DNA from: Leptogorgia sarmentosa
Taxonomy: Eukaryota
Direction of reading: 5' to 3'
NCBI GenBank assembly: GCA_964658305.1
Contig: OZ210884.1
Coordinates: 5,456,001 to 5,520,000, forward strand
Length of the DNA stretch: 64,000 nucleotides
Shown piece after piece: positions 1 through 11,221 of this stretch; position 1 is the first letter of the stretch; each line of letters begins with the position of its first letter. The position numbers were made by a program, and so were the translations under genes. Below the pieces are notes generated by a model. The model saw only the letters and a program-made list of their open reading frames with translations, made no database searches and had not been told where the DNA came from.

Positions 1-1025
1 TTAACTGCAAACAATTGATGAAAAAACTATGTATGGCCATCACAGATGGCACACATCACATCGCGCTTCATAGATGCGCTTGCTCAAAATTAATCGTCGT
101 AGAATAATAATTTTGAAATAAAAAAAATAGGAAACCATACAGATGCATTACCAAATAGGTAATTTTAGAGACCAACGTAGGTAATTGGAAATTTTCTTCA
201 GTTTTTTAGATTTAATATCTTAATCCTACAAATTAAAATGACTAGGCTTAATTTGTTTGTCATAATGCAGGTGTCTCAACACAAAATTAAATAAAAGTGC
301 AGCGCATGGCATTGAATAATAGCTAGTTTAAACACCCGACGCCAAGGGAGTCGTGCCGTTAAGCATGTCGACAGCCGTTCGTGTTTGAAATCATGAACAT
401 GAAATTTCTCTGAGGATCCTTCTCTGGGGTTCCTCGTTATTATTTCTCTATCCACAGTGTGAATTTGGAGACGAAATATCCAAATTTCAGCATCAGATTC
501 CTTTAATTTCAAAAGAGATATAACTCTAGCAAAGAGAGACAGAAGTATTTCACAATTTGTTGACATTCTGAGCTGTTTACGTAAAACGTATTTGTCAGAC
601 GTTTCATTCTGCACTAGCTTGAGCATGGCTTCATATAGGTTGTGAAGTAATGACAAGGACGTAGCGCAGGTGTGGTTGCTAAGAGTTGGGGGGGGGGGGG
701 GGGTAGTGATGTTCTTACCGGAAAATAGTACTACCATGGAAAATGACATTAAAATTATTCTTGCAGGCATTCCCCTTGTCTATTAATCACATGATAGTGC
801 AGTAGGTATTCCCTTCTAGAGCAGAGGGGTAGAAAGACGGTAGCAGTCGTGGGCAGTTGAAGGTTGGCGCCGAGTGAAACCTTTTTGAGAATTTGATGTC
901 TCTAGATCGTTGGAAATGGCATTTTCCGATATACATTAGTTTGGCGCGTTCCTCCACATTCAAAAATTATTGCACCCTACATGTTTCTTGTTTCATATAG
1001 TTGATCGTGTTTCTACCTTTCAAAT

Positions 1026-1988
1026 TCATCTCCATCGACTGCAAATGACTCCTACAAGGTAGCGATAACAATTCCTGTACTCTTTTTGCCTCATGCTGTA
1101 AATTATTGGGTTTAAAATACAATTTACTACTACAAGGTCACCAGAAAAAACGAAGACACTTAGAGGAACATGTACACTAAACAAATCCCTTAGCAACACG
1201 TTGATCGAAAACGGAAGAAGACAGAATAAGAAGACCCCAACTACTATCAAGAAAGTTTTCACTGTTTTCATCTCCTTTTTGATACTAAAAGTGGAGCTCA
1301 TTTTCGTCGATGAATCTGACGTGAACGTCGTACTGTGATCGGTGATTGTATTTCCAACTCGGATCTTTCGAACGTGGGACCTTGCAAGTTTAAAAATTTT
1401 GTAATTACAGTAGCTGATAACACAGGTTGGCATGAAGACATAAATAAGAATTGCAACAAAGGAGACCGAAGGTGGACAGAAACATATAGCTCGTGTATCG
1501 GTGGGTTCTATGAATATTACAAATACCGGAAAATATAAGAAAGCACAAATCCAAGTGATGAAGAGAATTCCGTAGGTTCTTGGCCATGTCATCATCAATG
1601 GATATTTAAGCGGACGTGAGATGTAAAAGTAGCGATCCAACGTAATTGCCAATAATGTTAAGGTAGATACAAACATTGACACAAAACCTGTGGCGCTACT
1701 AAATTTACAGAAGAAATCCTCATTACTGGGCTTTTCTGACAATATCACAACAAACTCTGCAATCCATACGGGATAAACAGTCAAGCAAGTTGACAGGTCA
1801 GCAAAAGCCAAATTGGCAACAAAGTAAGTAGCTTGCGTTCTGTTGTTGTTCATGCAGAGATTATAAACAATAACGCCAACATTTCCCAGTATACCACAAA
1901 TCAAACAGAAACACTTTAAGACGATCAAGGCCACCAAAAACGTTGGGGGAAGAAGAATCTCCGACTCGGTTACGTTATTCCCATTCAT
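1026..1988 (-). CDS. Intronless rhodopsin-class (class A) orphan GPCR, 320 aa
   Basis: Seven hydrophobic segments with GN (TM1), NLAFADL (TM2), C3.25 and LDRY (TM3), FLFCLLPF (TM6), NPIIY (TM7); N-terminal NVT sequon. Confidence 0.95.
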   Translation of the reverse strand: MNGNNVTESEILLPPTFLVALIVLKCFCLICGILGNVGVIVYNLCMNNNRTQATYFVANLAFADLSTCLTVYPVWIAEFVVILSEKPSNEDFFCKFSSATGFVSMFVSTLTLLAITLDRYFYISRPLKYPLMMTWPRTYGILFITWICAFLYFPVFVIFIEPTDTRAICFCPPSVSFVAILIYVFMPTCVISYCNYKIFKLARSHVRKIRVGNTITDHSTTFTSDSSTKMSSTFSIKKEMKTVKTFLIVVGVFLFCLLPFSINVLLRDLFSVHVPLSVFVFSGDLVVVNCILNPIIYSMRQKEYRNCYRYLVGVICSRWR

Positions 1989-4300
1989 ATTTCTGTTTTT
2001 ATCTTTTTATCCAGTTGTAGAAAACTGTGATTAAATAGCGTCAGTTCAAAGATCTTATGTGATTTGGATCTGCATGAAAATAGCTCGGTTTAATTTATTA
2101 ATTATGTTTCATAAGCAGTGCATACCTAATCTGTTCGGAAAAGTTGAATGTAATTACTTTTTTAATAAATTGAATATTACTGCTATGTGATTGGCAAAAA
2201 GATATAAATGGATTAAGAGGATAGTTTTTTCTATGTCGCGTATTTTCGACGAAATGTGTTCAAAACCAGAAAACTTTTAACTTTGGAGGTCCTCTCAAAA
2301 TCAAATTATTCTATGATTATTGTCTCGACAAAGCAGTTAGCTATCTTCGAAACTATGCCTGAGTATTGAGAAACTAAAAGCAACATGAAAATTATTATGA
2401 ACATCAATGTTCGAATAACCAGCGCAAAACGTGAATGAAGCCTTGATTTCAACATTATTAAAATGCAAGATTCAAACGTAATTTTCTCTTTCAATTGGCG
2501 TGCACTCCAAAATCTTTTTATTTTCGTTTTATATCATTAATTATGAATCCATCAAGCTTTTTAAGTGAGTCTGCCGACTGAGAAACCTCAAAATTTGAAA
2601 TTTATATTCCGACGAAATTGAGTTTTGAGTGCGAGATACGTGCTACAGAAAATATTCGTATAACAACATGGCTATAGCTTAGTAACATTTGATCCAATCC
2701 GCACATTAAAAACGGTTTGCTCGAAAAGTCTGTCTTCAATGTCCCGTCGGAACGTTTCAAACATTAACTGCATATTCAAGTACGAAATTCAAACTTTATT
2801 TCACATTACTGCATATAAATAAAGATGAAAAAATTATGGGCCGGTCTTTGAGTTGCCTCGCTCCTGCGTGTGTGAAAGAAATGAAGGGAGAACTCACTGT
2901 TTCAAACCAAAAGTCCGGTCGTTTCTTAGAGGCCGGAAACTACTAGTTACAACTGTCAACTGAAGGAGTGATTTAAAAAATTAGCCTATCACTCGATGAA
3001 AACCATCGTTTAGTTAAAACAGTCCTTGCAAATTATCCAGCAACAAAAAATCTACTGCTCTTTCGCTACAACATTATCCTCCTTATCCAAACCAGTATAA
3101 AAAGTTTAGATGTTTTTATGGCAGTAATATTTGGGACGTGCAAGTTTCCATTTTGTCAGCAAAGAATCAAAGAGCAATTAAGGAAAGCGAATGTCAAGCC
3201 TTAAAGACCATAATTACTGTTGATTCAGCTTGAGGGTCTTTCCTGGACCAATATCCGAATTGCAGACCCCACTGCTTGATTGTCAATTGCAAGTGAGATT
3301 ACATTCTATCCAGAACATGAATTTTGTGCCTGTAATTCTTAGAAAAATACTTCTAAAAACTACCCGAGCTACGAATCCTCATAACAAATATGTTCAATTA
3401 TCGAAAAAATAGTTCACAAAAGGTGATTTTATGACAAACGCCCCCCCCAGATTGCAGCTAATCATTACTAGAAATAGATATTTTTAAATGGTTAGTCATT
3501 CAGTGATCGTGATTTTGTGCATGTTAGGTATTTCCATCTCTGTGCCATGTGCCCTTGAATGGTCAAGCTACCACATATCGCAATATTATGAACAGCGAAG
3601 CCAAAGCAAAACTTGAGTAAACATTGTAAGTCTTAAAAGAATCCTTCCCAATTTAAAATTAACAAGAACAAATTATAAACAAACAATGCAACAACCCACG
3701 CTCGAGACGAATCCGTTTTTTTTCTTCAAATGCTTTTAAAAATCATAAAAGAGATTCTGATACTAGTGAATGCATTTGGTATATCCGATCCTGACATCAG
3801 GCATGAAATCTTTATATCATTCAAAGCCATTTTAGAAATCTGATATTGTGCTTTTTATCAAGATGCTGCCATACAATTAATGTCCGCACTTGCATTAATT
3901 AACGATTATCAGCTAATGTTGATTTTATCTTAAAAAATATCTCCATGTGCATGTGCGCGTGCATGAAATATTTTAACTATCCCAGAACTTAATATCGATA
4001 ATAAATCACAACAACATAAGGCTGGTGCATCTGCGTAGCCCTCTTCGAAACCGTTTACCCTAACGTTACGAAGTGTTCGGTGAGGAAACATGCACTCAGC
4101 ATAATCCACTCATTCACATCTTTCAAAAGAGGAAATTAAATTGCACTGGAAATTGCAGCAAAACTTGCAAGTGTCAACGGGTCTTTTCTTTTCAAAGCCA
4201 AACGCCAAAAGTAAAAACCACTGTAAAATCATTCATTCTTGCTGTTAGAATATTCTGGATATTTCACGGATCAGTTTTGCATATGTGAAATTGTATTTTA

Positions 4301-4461
4301 ACGTGCCAATGTGCACGCAAATAATTTAACATTGGCCTTGTATAATCATAAGTTTAACCTTTCACAACAAACTTTCTTTATTTGGCAATCAGGTGGTAAA
4401 TACCCACGTGGGGCCAGTAAGGAGACTATAAAACATGCGGCAAGGCCTCCAGGTTTCATTC
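4301..4461 (+). promoter_or_regulatory. Core promoter of the hemerythrin gene
   Basis: TATAAAA at 4427-4433; Inr-like TCATTC about 30 bp downstream (4456-4461); CACGTG at 4405-4410; ACGTG immediately followed by CCAAT at 4301-4310. Confidence 0.6.
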
Positions 4462-4544
4462 ACTCTTCAGCGGAGAACACTGAGGTGAGTACAGCAAGCT
4501 TCCCAAAGAAAACTTCAAAACTAATTAGGAACCAAAGATCAACG

Positions 4545-5592
4545 ATGAGTCTGCCAAAGATTGAATGTTCATTTGAAATTCCAAAGCCATTCAAGTAAGT
4601 AAATTGTGCTTTTATTGAATTGGGTGTCTAAATTTGTATGCCAGGCATTAGCGCAATAGTTTTGCCATTCTTGACACCATATAAAAATGTTGTACATCGA
4701 GTAAGTGTTTGGTAGTTTTGGTAGGCCTGATTTAGAGTTTTTAAAGATTGTGAGATGGTAGTTGTGGCGGTTACCTTAACTGCAACGCCGACTTATGTCT
4801 TGCAAAGGCGGCGGTTCATACTTGCCAAGCTCTGGGTGGGTGTGGCGATTGAACAGCTCTTAACCTGTGAAGGTTTTCTCTCCAGGTGGAATGAATCTTT
4901 CAAAGTGTTTTATGAACACTTGGACGATGAGCACAAAGGACTCTTTGATGGAATATTCAATGTGAACGAGAAACGTGACGATGCCGCCGTCCTTGCTGAT
5001 TTGCTTGGGGTAAAAAATTCTACTGTTCGTTTTATAAGCCCCTTGTTCTCAGCACAGGAGGCTGAAATGGCCGCGTGATTCGCTTTTTGAAACTAGTACT
5101 GCTACTTCCTAAATTGAAAGTATCACCAGATTTTCAAATGTTCGAGTTAAAATTATTCATTTCATGACCAACTCACTCATTTTATTATTCAAAGTTTGTA
5201 GTTTACACCACGTAATTTTATTATCGCATAATAAGGAATAATTACATTATTTTATTATTGCGATCATAAAATTTCGTAGTGTAAACTACAAACTTTAAAT
5301 AATATTATCTTCACCCCGCAAACTTTCAAAGAATTAATCACTCATTTTACTTTTGCACCAACAGAAAGTAAAGTTCCATTTTGATGCTGAAGAGAAAGAC
5401 TTGGAAGTCGCAACTTCTGCCGGCAAACTCACCAAGTCTTATTTTGATTCACATAAAGCAGCTCACAAAAAGTTCGTGGAAATCCTTTCAACTTTGAAAC
5501 CAACTGTGAGTGACGATGCTGTTGACTACGCAATGCGATGGTTGGTGAATCACATCAAGGTCACGGACTTCCAGTACAAAGAGAAACTTTAA
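4545..5592 (+). CDS. Myohemerythrin-like non-heme di-iron protein, 133 aa; exons 4545-4594, 4886-5009, 5365-5592
   Basis: Spliced product [37 protein letters not shown]...FHFDAEE...SHKAAHKKF...WLVNHIKVTDFQYKEKL matches the myohemerythrin pattern; all seven Fe ligands (H,H,E,H,H,H,D) present; phase-compatible GT..AG introns. Confidence 0.95.
5183..5304. repeat. Hairpin/MITE-like inverted repeat in hemerythrin intron 2
   Basis: About 50-bp arms: tattattcaaagtttgtagtttacaccacg.. and ..cgtagtgtaaactacaaactttaaataata. Confidence 0.75.
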
Positions 5593-6020
5593 TTGTGATT
5601 TGTGGAGCAAAATAGGGCAAAACTCTTTAGCAATGCAATGCGACTTGTAAAGCGCATCAATATAGACCTTAGATGGAAAATGTAACCTGTTTTATTTACT
5701 TACGTAATAAACCAGCAAATAATTGTTGAGAATGAAAACTTTTTGTATAAACTATATCGTGTTTCGATTCAATGAAATCTAAAGTCAGAATACTCATATT
5801 AAGATATTCTATACAGGCGGTTTTGCATGTAAAAGCCTCATTACATAAGGTCCCAGAAGGAAGGGGACGAAATTCAAAATTCAAACCTCAAATTACCCGA
5901 CAGGTGCACTAGTAATATTAACTCATTAGCTCAACAGACAGGTCGTGAGTTAGCAGAGTACTGGGTTTGTCGCGAACCGCAAAGCATTCAGGGATAACAT
6001 CCGTTTTCTGTCATTCCAAG

Positions 6021-7028
6021 CCAAATTTCGTTTTTGACCAATCAACACATTTGTTTACCTTTTGGTGCTAAGCCAATTGGAACACACAAATTTATGCTAT
6101 AGCTACTTCCGGTAGTCATGTATATTTCAATGCGAAAGTTACGGTCGTAAATGCCTTGGAGTGACCTGGTTTTCAAATTTTCTTGGCATATTTTAACTAA
6201 ACCTATCAGATATAAATTCTTCTGAAAATTTGCTGCTGGGATTTTCGTTTCAAAGAACATATATTCGCATTCAAAAAACGTCATCACTCTCGAATACTAA
6301 ATATACTGAACAGAACTAATATCTTTCTCTCAAATGAAAAACCTCTGAAATTCTAAAAAAAAAACTGCTGAAAATCCTTTCATGACGACGTCCTTGCCGA
6401 CTGTGACAAACTGTTCCTACGTATGGTAACAAACTTCAGATTTCTATCACTTCAACCCTATACATTTCGTGAAAGTGACGATTATTGCACGCTCTTAGTC
6501 TTGAATGTTTTTGCATTTGTACATTTCCGTGTGGTTTGTGCGTATCAGGAATGTTGCTCCCGATTTTTTTGGTGTTGCAAATATTATATGTTCAATGAAA
6601 GAAAGTTTGACAATAAATCTTATCATGGTTTGCTTATTGCAAAGAAGCGTCGTCGGAAACGTTTTCAGAAGTTTATTGAGAGCTTTTTCATTTGAGGGAC
6701 ACTTGCTTGAAAGTGCTGCAGGGTATATCCGTCTTCCACAATCACCATTTGCGTACGCGTTTTTTGAATGCAAATTATTTCATAACTAAGCAATGAACAC
6801 ACAAATCCCAGGGGCAGATTTTTAGAAATTTTGTGTTTTTCAGGATTTCGTTAAAATTTGTTCAAAAAGTTAAAAAAATAGGTTTCTCTACGACATTATG
6901 CCCACGAGCGTGAGTTTCTTAATAAAATACATGTCTAAACCGGAAGTAGAATAAATCTACGCGTCCCGATTGGCTTAGCCCCAATTAAGAGGAAAACAAA
7001 TGTGCTGACTGATCAAGAACTAAATTGA
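6021..7028. mobile_element. Degenerate about 1-kb non-autonomous DNA transposon with long terminal inverted repeats
   Basis: 6021-6180 (..caacacatttgtttacc..gctaagccaattggaac..tacttccggt) is an imperfect reverse complement of about 6870-7028; no coding capacity inside. Confidence 0.65.
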
Positions 7029-7423
7029 CCTTTCCATCATTCCAAACAATGAATGAATGACATAGGAAGTTCTATGCCGCCATCAACTAAGAATATTTTA
7101 TAGTATCACTGTAATAAATTTAATTCTTAAAAATGTCTACTAATACATACAAAATAAATATAATCTACAGTATAATTGATTATAAAATGTTTCTCTTTTC
7201 CCCATTTTCTTAACTTTCAACTTAAATTAGATCTTATGTTATTCTTGGAATATGGTGAATCATGTTTTTAAAATGTCGTTAGTAGTTTAGTTAGCACTTT
7301 CTGAGAAACTATAGAAAATATCATATTAAGAAGAAAGCTAACGGATAATGTTCTTGTCTCTGTTTCAAAAAGGTTCAGCGCAAGTGCAGAAGACTACAGA
7401 TTCATTAATATTTTTACCCAGAT

Positions 7424-7655
7424 TATCTAATCCTCTTTGGCTTTTAAATGTTTCATGCAGTAATTCATCTAGATGATCCAACCTTAATCGGTTTTAAATG
7501 TTTCAGTGATAGATCTAGATGATCTAATCTTAATCGGTTTTTAAATGTTCAGTGATTCATCTAGATGATTTAATCTTAATCGGTTTTTAAATGTTTCAGT
7601 GATTCATCTACACGATCTAATCTTAAGCCGTTTTTAAATGTTTCAGCAATTCATC
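7424..7655. repeat. About 47-bp tandem repeat, 5 copies, overlapping the NUP50 stop codon
   Basis: Unit gatctaatcttaatcggtttttaaatgtttcagtgattcatctagat; the last copy is the NUP50 coding end. Confidence 0.9.
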
Positions 7656-10600
7656 AGCGCCCTCTCCTGTTTTCACCCGGATAAGGTAACTGACGGGTTT
7701 CGTATTGTCGTCTTCTTTAACAAATACAGGGGGGTTGGGAACACTCATTAGTAAGATATTGTTTTTTCCAGATCTCGAAGTAGGTGTTGTTTCAGTGATA
7801 CAAACGTTAAGGAGAATCTTGCCCAATGCTGTGTCGTTCCGTACTAGTACTTGTATCTTCTTTTCAGAAATTTTCTTTAAATTTAACATTCCAACACCAA
7901 GTTCAGACCAATCGTCGTCGCGTTTGAAGAACAATTTACAACGAGTTGAATAAAACGCGTCTTCTTCGGGTGTGCTAAAAATAGAAACATGTCATTCACC
8001 GAGTTTCTGAATTATTTTGTGTAATAACAAATTTATATTTCATCTTCAACTACATCAAGAAAGTTACAACACATTACCAATGTTGATGAGAGTTTACGCA
8101 AGAACGCGCAGGTCATTCGTACTCACCTTTTCACTTGACTTTGTGTTTTTGGTGTATCATCTGCCTCTGCTTCGCTGCCATGAGGTTGAGCAACGTCGGA
8201 TGAACTTGAATTCACGTTAGTACCTAGAACATTTAAAGTCGATCGTTGTCGTTATATCAGTTTAGGGGCTGTTTACATGGAGAAATTTCATGGAAAAGAG
8301 TAGAATAATGTTAATAAGAAACACGAAGTGTGTATTAAAATAGCTTCTGTTATTCAAATTATTCTGCTCTATCCGTCAACAGACGGGCTGAAATTACTGC
8401 CCGGGCCGAAAACTCTCCCTGTAATCAGGCCCTTAGTTTACAAAACCTGCATCACGTTTTTAATGTTTATTTGCATGACCCAAACTTTAGGATGTCATAA
8501 TTAAGTAATCAACAATTTCAAACGACTTATGAGTTATGACGACTTTTTTTCTCTGTTCGCACGAACATATTTATCGGTTATTCTAGTAATAATAATAATA
8601 GAAAAAAGCAACAGGAACGACTACTGCCCTTACATGCCATTAACGGTTTAATTCATTTCCCATTTGGCATACGTGTTGTCACAGAGTAATTACTCATACA
8701 CCTCTGTATGATATATACTCTGTGGTGTTGCCGTACGTTTTCTGATTTCAGCAAACTTACTTCCATTTGCGGTTGGGATGGCTACAGAAGTGAATGGTCC
8801 ACGCACAGTTTGAACACCGGAAGTTGATGCAAATGTCGCGTTCGTTGATACATTTGGGCCACCAGGTTTGCTGGAGACAGCTGGAAATTTTTTCTCAAGA
8901 TTTAACATGTGTTTCTCGTAATCTTCAAAGACTGGTGTTAGGTCAACGTGAGGATTCTCATTGATGTGTTTCTTGATCCATTCACAAACTTCTTCATTCA
9001 GTCTCTTCAGTTGATTCATATAAAGAGAATCCGAGGTTTCTACACTTGAGCTTTCAGCTTGTTTATCAACGACGTCTAAAAGTCATTTCAAAAATGAGAA
9101 TTCAAACACACGGTATTTTACAATTATATATGTACAGAGGAACTGACAGCAATGTGATCTTCACTACCTTTCTTTTCACTCTGATTTCCAAAGCCTTTAA
9201 ATCCAGTGAACATACTTGCTGTGTTGTTGACCATAGGTGTAGAGGAATTTTGTGGAACACCAAATCCTTGAAATCCTTGAAACGTTTTGGTCTGATACGA
9301 AAAGAAACAAACTGTTCTACAATACACACAACGTACAATACAGTACAAGCTCACAACTTTGAAATGCAATATTACTATAAACCGTTTTTTCACTGGCATT
9401 TTTTGCATGCATGATGCAACTTTTTTCCCAAGGTTTTTTTTTGTGTTTTTTTTTTGCTTTGGCTGATGTGATGGTGTGCACAGGGTATATGACAGTATAC
9501 ACTATCACATTATTGTCAAAGTTAGATTCTTACTGATTCACCACCACCAGGAACACGTCTTTTGGCCTTCTTGATTCTGGAAATTAAACAATAATATTCA
9601 CTTTGTCTTGTGTGCACACAAAACTAATATGACAAAAACATTGAAAAGTTAAAAAACTTCATGTCAACTACAATTGATTTGTGATTTTATTTTGAATTAT
9701 TTAACATCATGATGACTGTAGATATAATTTTCAGTTAGAACATCCACAGAACTCTTTTTTATTATAGGCTTTATTTCACGAGGGTAACATTTTACAGTAG
9801 TAAATTAATACACTGAGAACTTCATGGCCCTCACTAAACTAAACTAAAAAAAACCATACAATTTACAGTTTAGTTAATAGTTATAAGAAAAAATATTTAC
9901 TATTTACAGTCTAAAAGATATAACTTACACATTCAAGATCATTGTGGTCTTCTGATCACTCTTAAATTTGCTAGATATCTGACTCAAATGAACCTAAAGC
10001 TATTCTCTATATAGGTCTTCTGTGACTAAATTGTGTAGCATGACAACCACTTACACTCTCTTGCTTAGTTGATCGTCACCAGCAACTTTAAACTGACCGG
10101 CCTTAAAATTTAAAAAACTTCATATCAGCTTGCTGGAAACAATATCACCAGACAGGATTTTTTAGAAAATAACATCATATCCGCTGACACTTCACCATAA
10201 ATTGAGACCTGGAAATACATCTAAGAAATTGAATGCTCCTCTTGATGTAACCACGACCCTCTCTTTGCTCTGGCAGTACGAGAAACTTTAAAAGTCATTA
10301 AGAAGTCAATTTTCAATCCTGGCTACCCCCCTGAAATCCTGATATCTGGGTTCCATCAGTAGTAGAACCTTTGCTGCTTGTTGATGTTGTCACAGTGTAG
10401 TATAGACTGGTCACATATTTAATTAAGCTAAATACAGGCACTTTATAATAAAAATTTTCAGCATTGTGCAGTATTATTGTATTTGGTGAGGAATGCGTAG
10501 GGCTAAAAGGTAAATACTAGTATATGCGTGGTTTTTTTTTACCACCAGTTCACCATCTGGCTCAACTGGCTGCATACGAATATACGACCCCTTCATACTG

Positions 10601-10696
10601 CTTTCATGGACCAACAATGTTTAATACCTCTTCAGATTCCTCTTCCCGGTCCCAATTTCTATCTGTCAACTGTACAGCAGCGCCTCTCTTAGCCAT
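7623..10696 (-). CDS. NUP50: Nucleoporin Nup50, about 348 aa; exons 10696-10628, 10101-10055, 9576-9534, 9291-9168, 9075-8761, 8223-8127, 7974-7623
   Basis: N-terminus MAKRGAAVQLTDRNWDREEESEE-AGQFKVAG..SKRVIKKAKRR (importin-alpha-binding NUP50 domain); FG repeats (FQGFQGFG, FTGFKGFG); central LNEEVCEWIKKHINENPHVDLTPVFEDYEKH; C-terminal Ran-binding domain EEDAFYSTRCKLFFK..GVGML..VRNDTALGKILLN; exon phases sum in frame. Confidence 0.95.
8265..8431. mobile_element. Short MITE (PIF/Harbinger-like ends) in NUP50 intron 5
   Basis: Imperfect TIR ggggctgtttacatggag / ctccctgtaatcaggccc with TTA on both sides. Confidence 0.55.
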
Positions 10697-11221
10697 TGTG
10701 CGTAAAATATAGGAATATTTTGTCTTCAAACTGTGCTTTTTACTCTCATTCAGCTGTTTGTGCTTTTGACTTTGGCTACCGGGGTTTTGGCTTATGGACG
10801 GCACTATGCTCTACGGCATTATTACCCTCTTTCCCGCCATTATTGTTTAAAACAATAAATGGCAAATTTCAAAAAAGAATTTCACAGCCAAATATTAAAG
10901 TAATTAAAGAGTGGCATCATATGACGCATTTGATAACTGCTGTCTGTTAATAGAATTCGTGAAATGTTGACTTAAAAGTTTCCAAAAATATACAAATTAA
11001 TTTCTGGGTAAGGGAAACAAGCAAGAAAACCGGAAACCAGTTGAATAGCCGGTATGTACGAAATATGCACGTCCGGTTTCGGAGATTCCCGGTAGAGACT
11101 CGGGATCCAGAGTTTTCCTAAGGAATGAATAATAAACTGAATGCTGGAATACGACATTGTTTGAAAGAAATGCTCTGATCTAAAATTCTGGCAATTCATG
11201 TGTGGTCTTTTAACTTAAAGA
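10697..11221. promoter_or_regulatory. Putative bidirectional promoter between NUP50 and PHF21A
   Basis: Start codons 525 bp apart, head-to-head; overlapping TTTCCCGC (E2F-like) and CCGCCAT (YY1-like) at 10830-10840; CCGGAA (ETS-like) and a CpG-richer patch at about 11025-11105. Confidence 0.6.

Noticed and set aside
276..770. 164-aa ORF with a polyproline run
   Set aside because: The prolines come from a poly-G tract; no recognisable domain or splice support
4545..5592. Bacterial contamination or recent horizontal transfer of hemerythrin
   Set aside because: Two spliceosomal introns, a TATA/Inr promoter and an animal myohemerythrin-type N-terminal arm
7424..7655. CRISPR-like array
   Set aside because: Contiguous tandem units without unique spacers; eukaryotic context; no cas genes
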